The notes beneath the pieces are model-generated. The model was given only the letters and a program-made list of their open reading frames with translations. It was not told where the DNA came from and ran no database searches. Shown one piece after another: positions 63,470-64,000 of a stretch of DNA of 64,000 nucleotides. The DNA is taken from NCBI GenBank assembly GCA_009602725.1, contig WELB01000031.1, positions 21,861 to 85,860 of the forward strand, given 5' to 3'. Positions within the stretch are counted from its first letter, which is position 1; every line of letters begins with the position of its first letter. Made by a program: the position numbers and the translations under genes. This stretch comes from Spirogloea muscicola. Taxonomy: Eukaryota.

Positions 63470-64000
63470 TCTATACAGCCATCGCCCTCTACTGGCACGC
63501 GCTGGTCGCGTTATGGCTGCTGCCTCAGGGTCTCGGCGAAGTGCCGCTTTTCCTGCCTCGAGTCATTCTGATTTGCTGTTGCTCACACCCGGATGCTGAG
63601 CATAGGATATTGTCCATTCTTTTTGGGCTGGCTTTGCCAGCCGCTCTTCTCTAAGGGCGAGTACTTTCTTCTACTGCAAAAGTCTCTCTTTCTGTACCTC
63701 TGGGCTGCCAGACACCGGCCGAGGGCCTCACTCTCGTCGGCGGCCCCCTAGGTGCACCTGCCTTTGTGACGGAGCAGCTGCAGGTGCTGCTGCAGGAGCA
63801 CCTCCGGCCGGCGGACCGCCTCCACACGCTGCAAGACTTGCAGCCAGCGACCGCTGTGCTAACACGTTGCATCGCACAGGGGCCACACTACCTGGCCCGC
63901 ACCGTCCCTCCCTCACCGGCGGTGAAGGCAGTGTACGCGGCATTCGCCTCGGCATCTTGGCGTCCGCAGCCACCCTCGTGCAGCACCCCGCGTTCCTCAC
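63470..64000 (+). mobile_element. CRE-like 3' end (63470-63672) directly followed by an RT-thumb fragment running off the window
   Basis: RAGRVMAAASGSRRSAAFP matches 46160-46260, then the terminal motif. From 63721 the frame reads EGLTLVGGPLG...VLTRCIAQGPHYLARTVPP, homologous to 29760-29945. Confidence 0.85.

Overview
Eukaryotic, intron-rich plant-lineage DNA, probably a streptophyte alga (plant-type TOM20, NAL1, NXD1 and land-plant-architecture HEN1; the species cannot be determined from sequence). It is a gapped draft scaffold, with an N run at 7382-7456 and single Ns at 43402, 47444, 52439, 56823 and 59491. Nine host genes can be read: a TPR-SET-MYND (SMYD4-like) protein, PA200, an uncharacterised membrane protein with an HNH-like C-terminus, HEN1, NXD1, the 3' part of a NAL1-like protease, CIA1, TOM20 and cysteine synthase. 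Most intergenic spaces hold nested, mostly 5'-truncated fragments of several families of CRE-like (RLE-type) non-LTR retrotransposons that share a two-hairpin 3' terminus and a TTC-rich tail. The most striking element is a 5-kb intronless, gene-dense segment (47445-52438) encoding MutS7 (MutS-HNH) and other virus-like ORFs. It is a candidate endogenous giant-virus fragment, but both ends are assembly gaps, so integration at this locus is unproven. Exon boundaries were read by eye, and all family assignments come from remembered motifs, not database searches.
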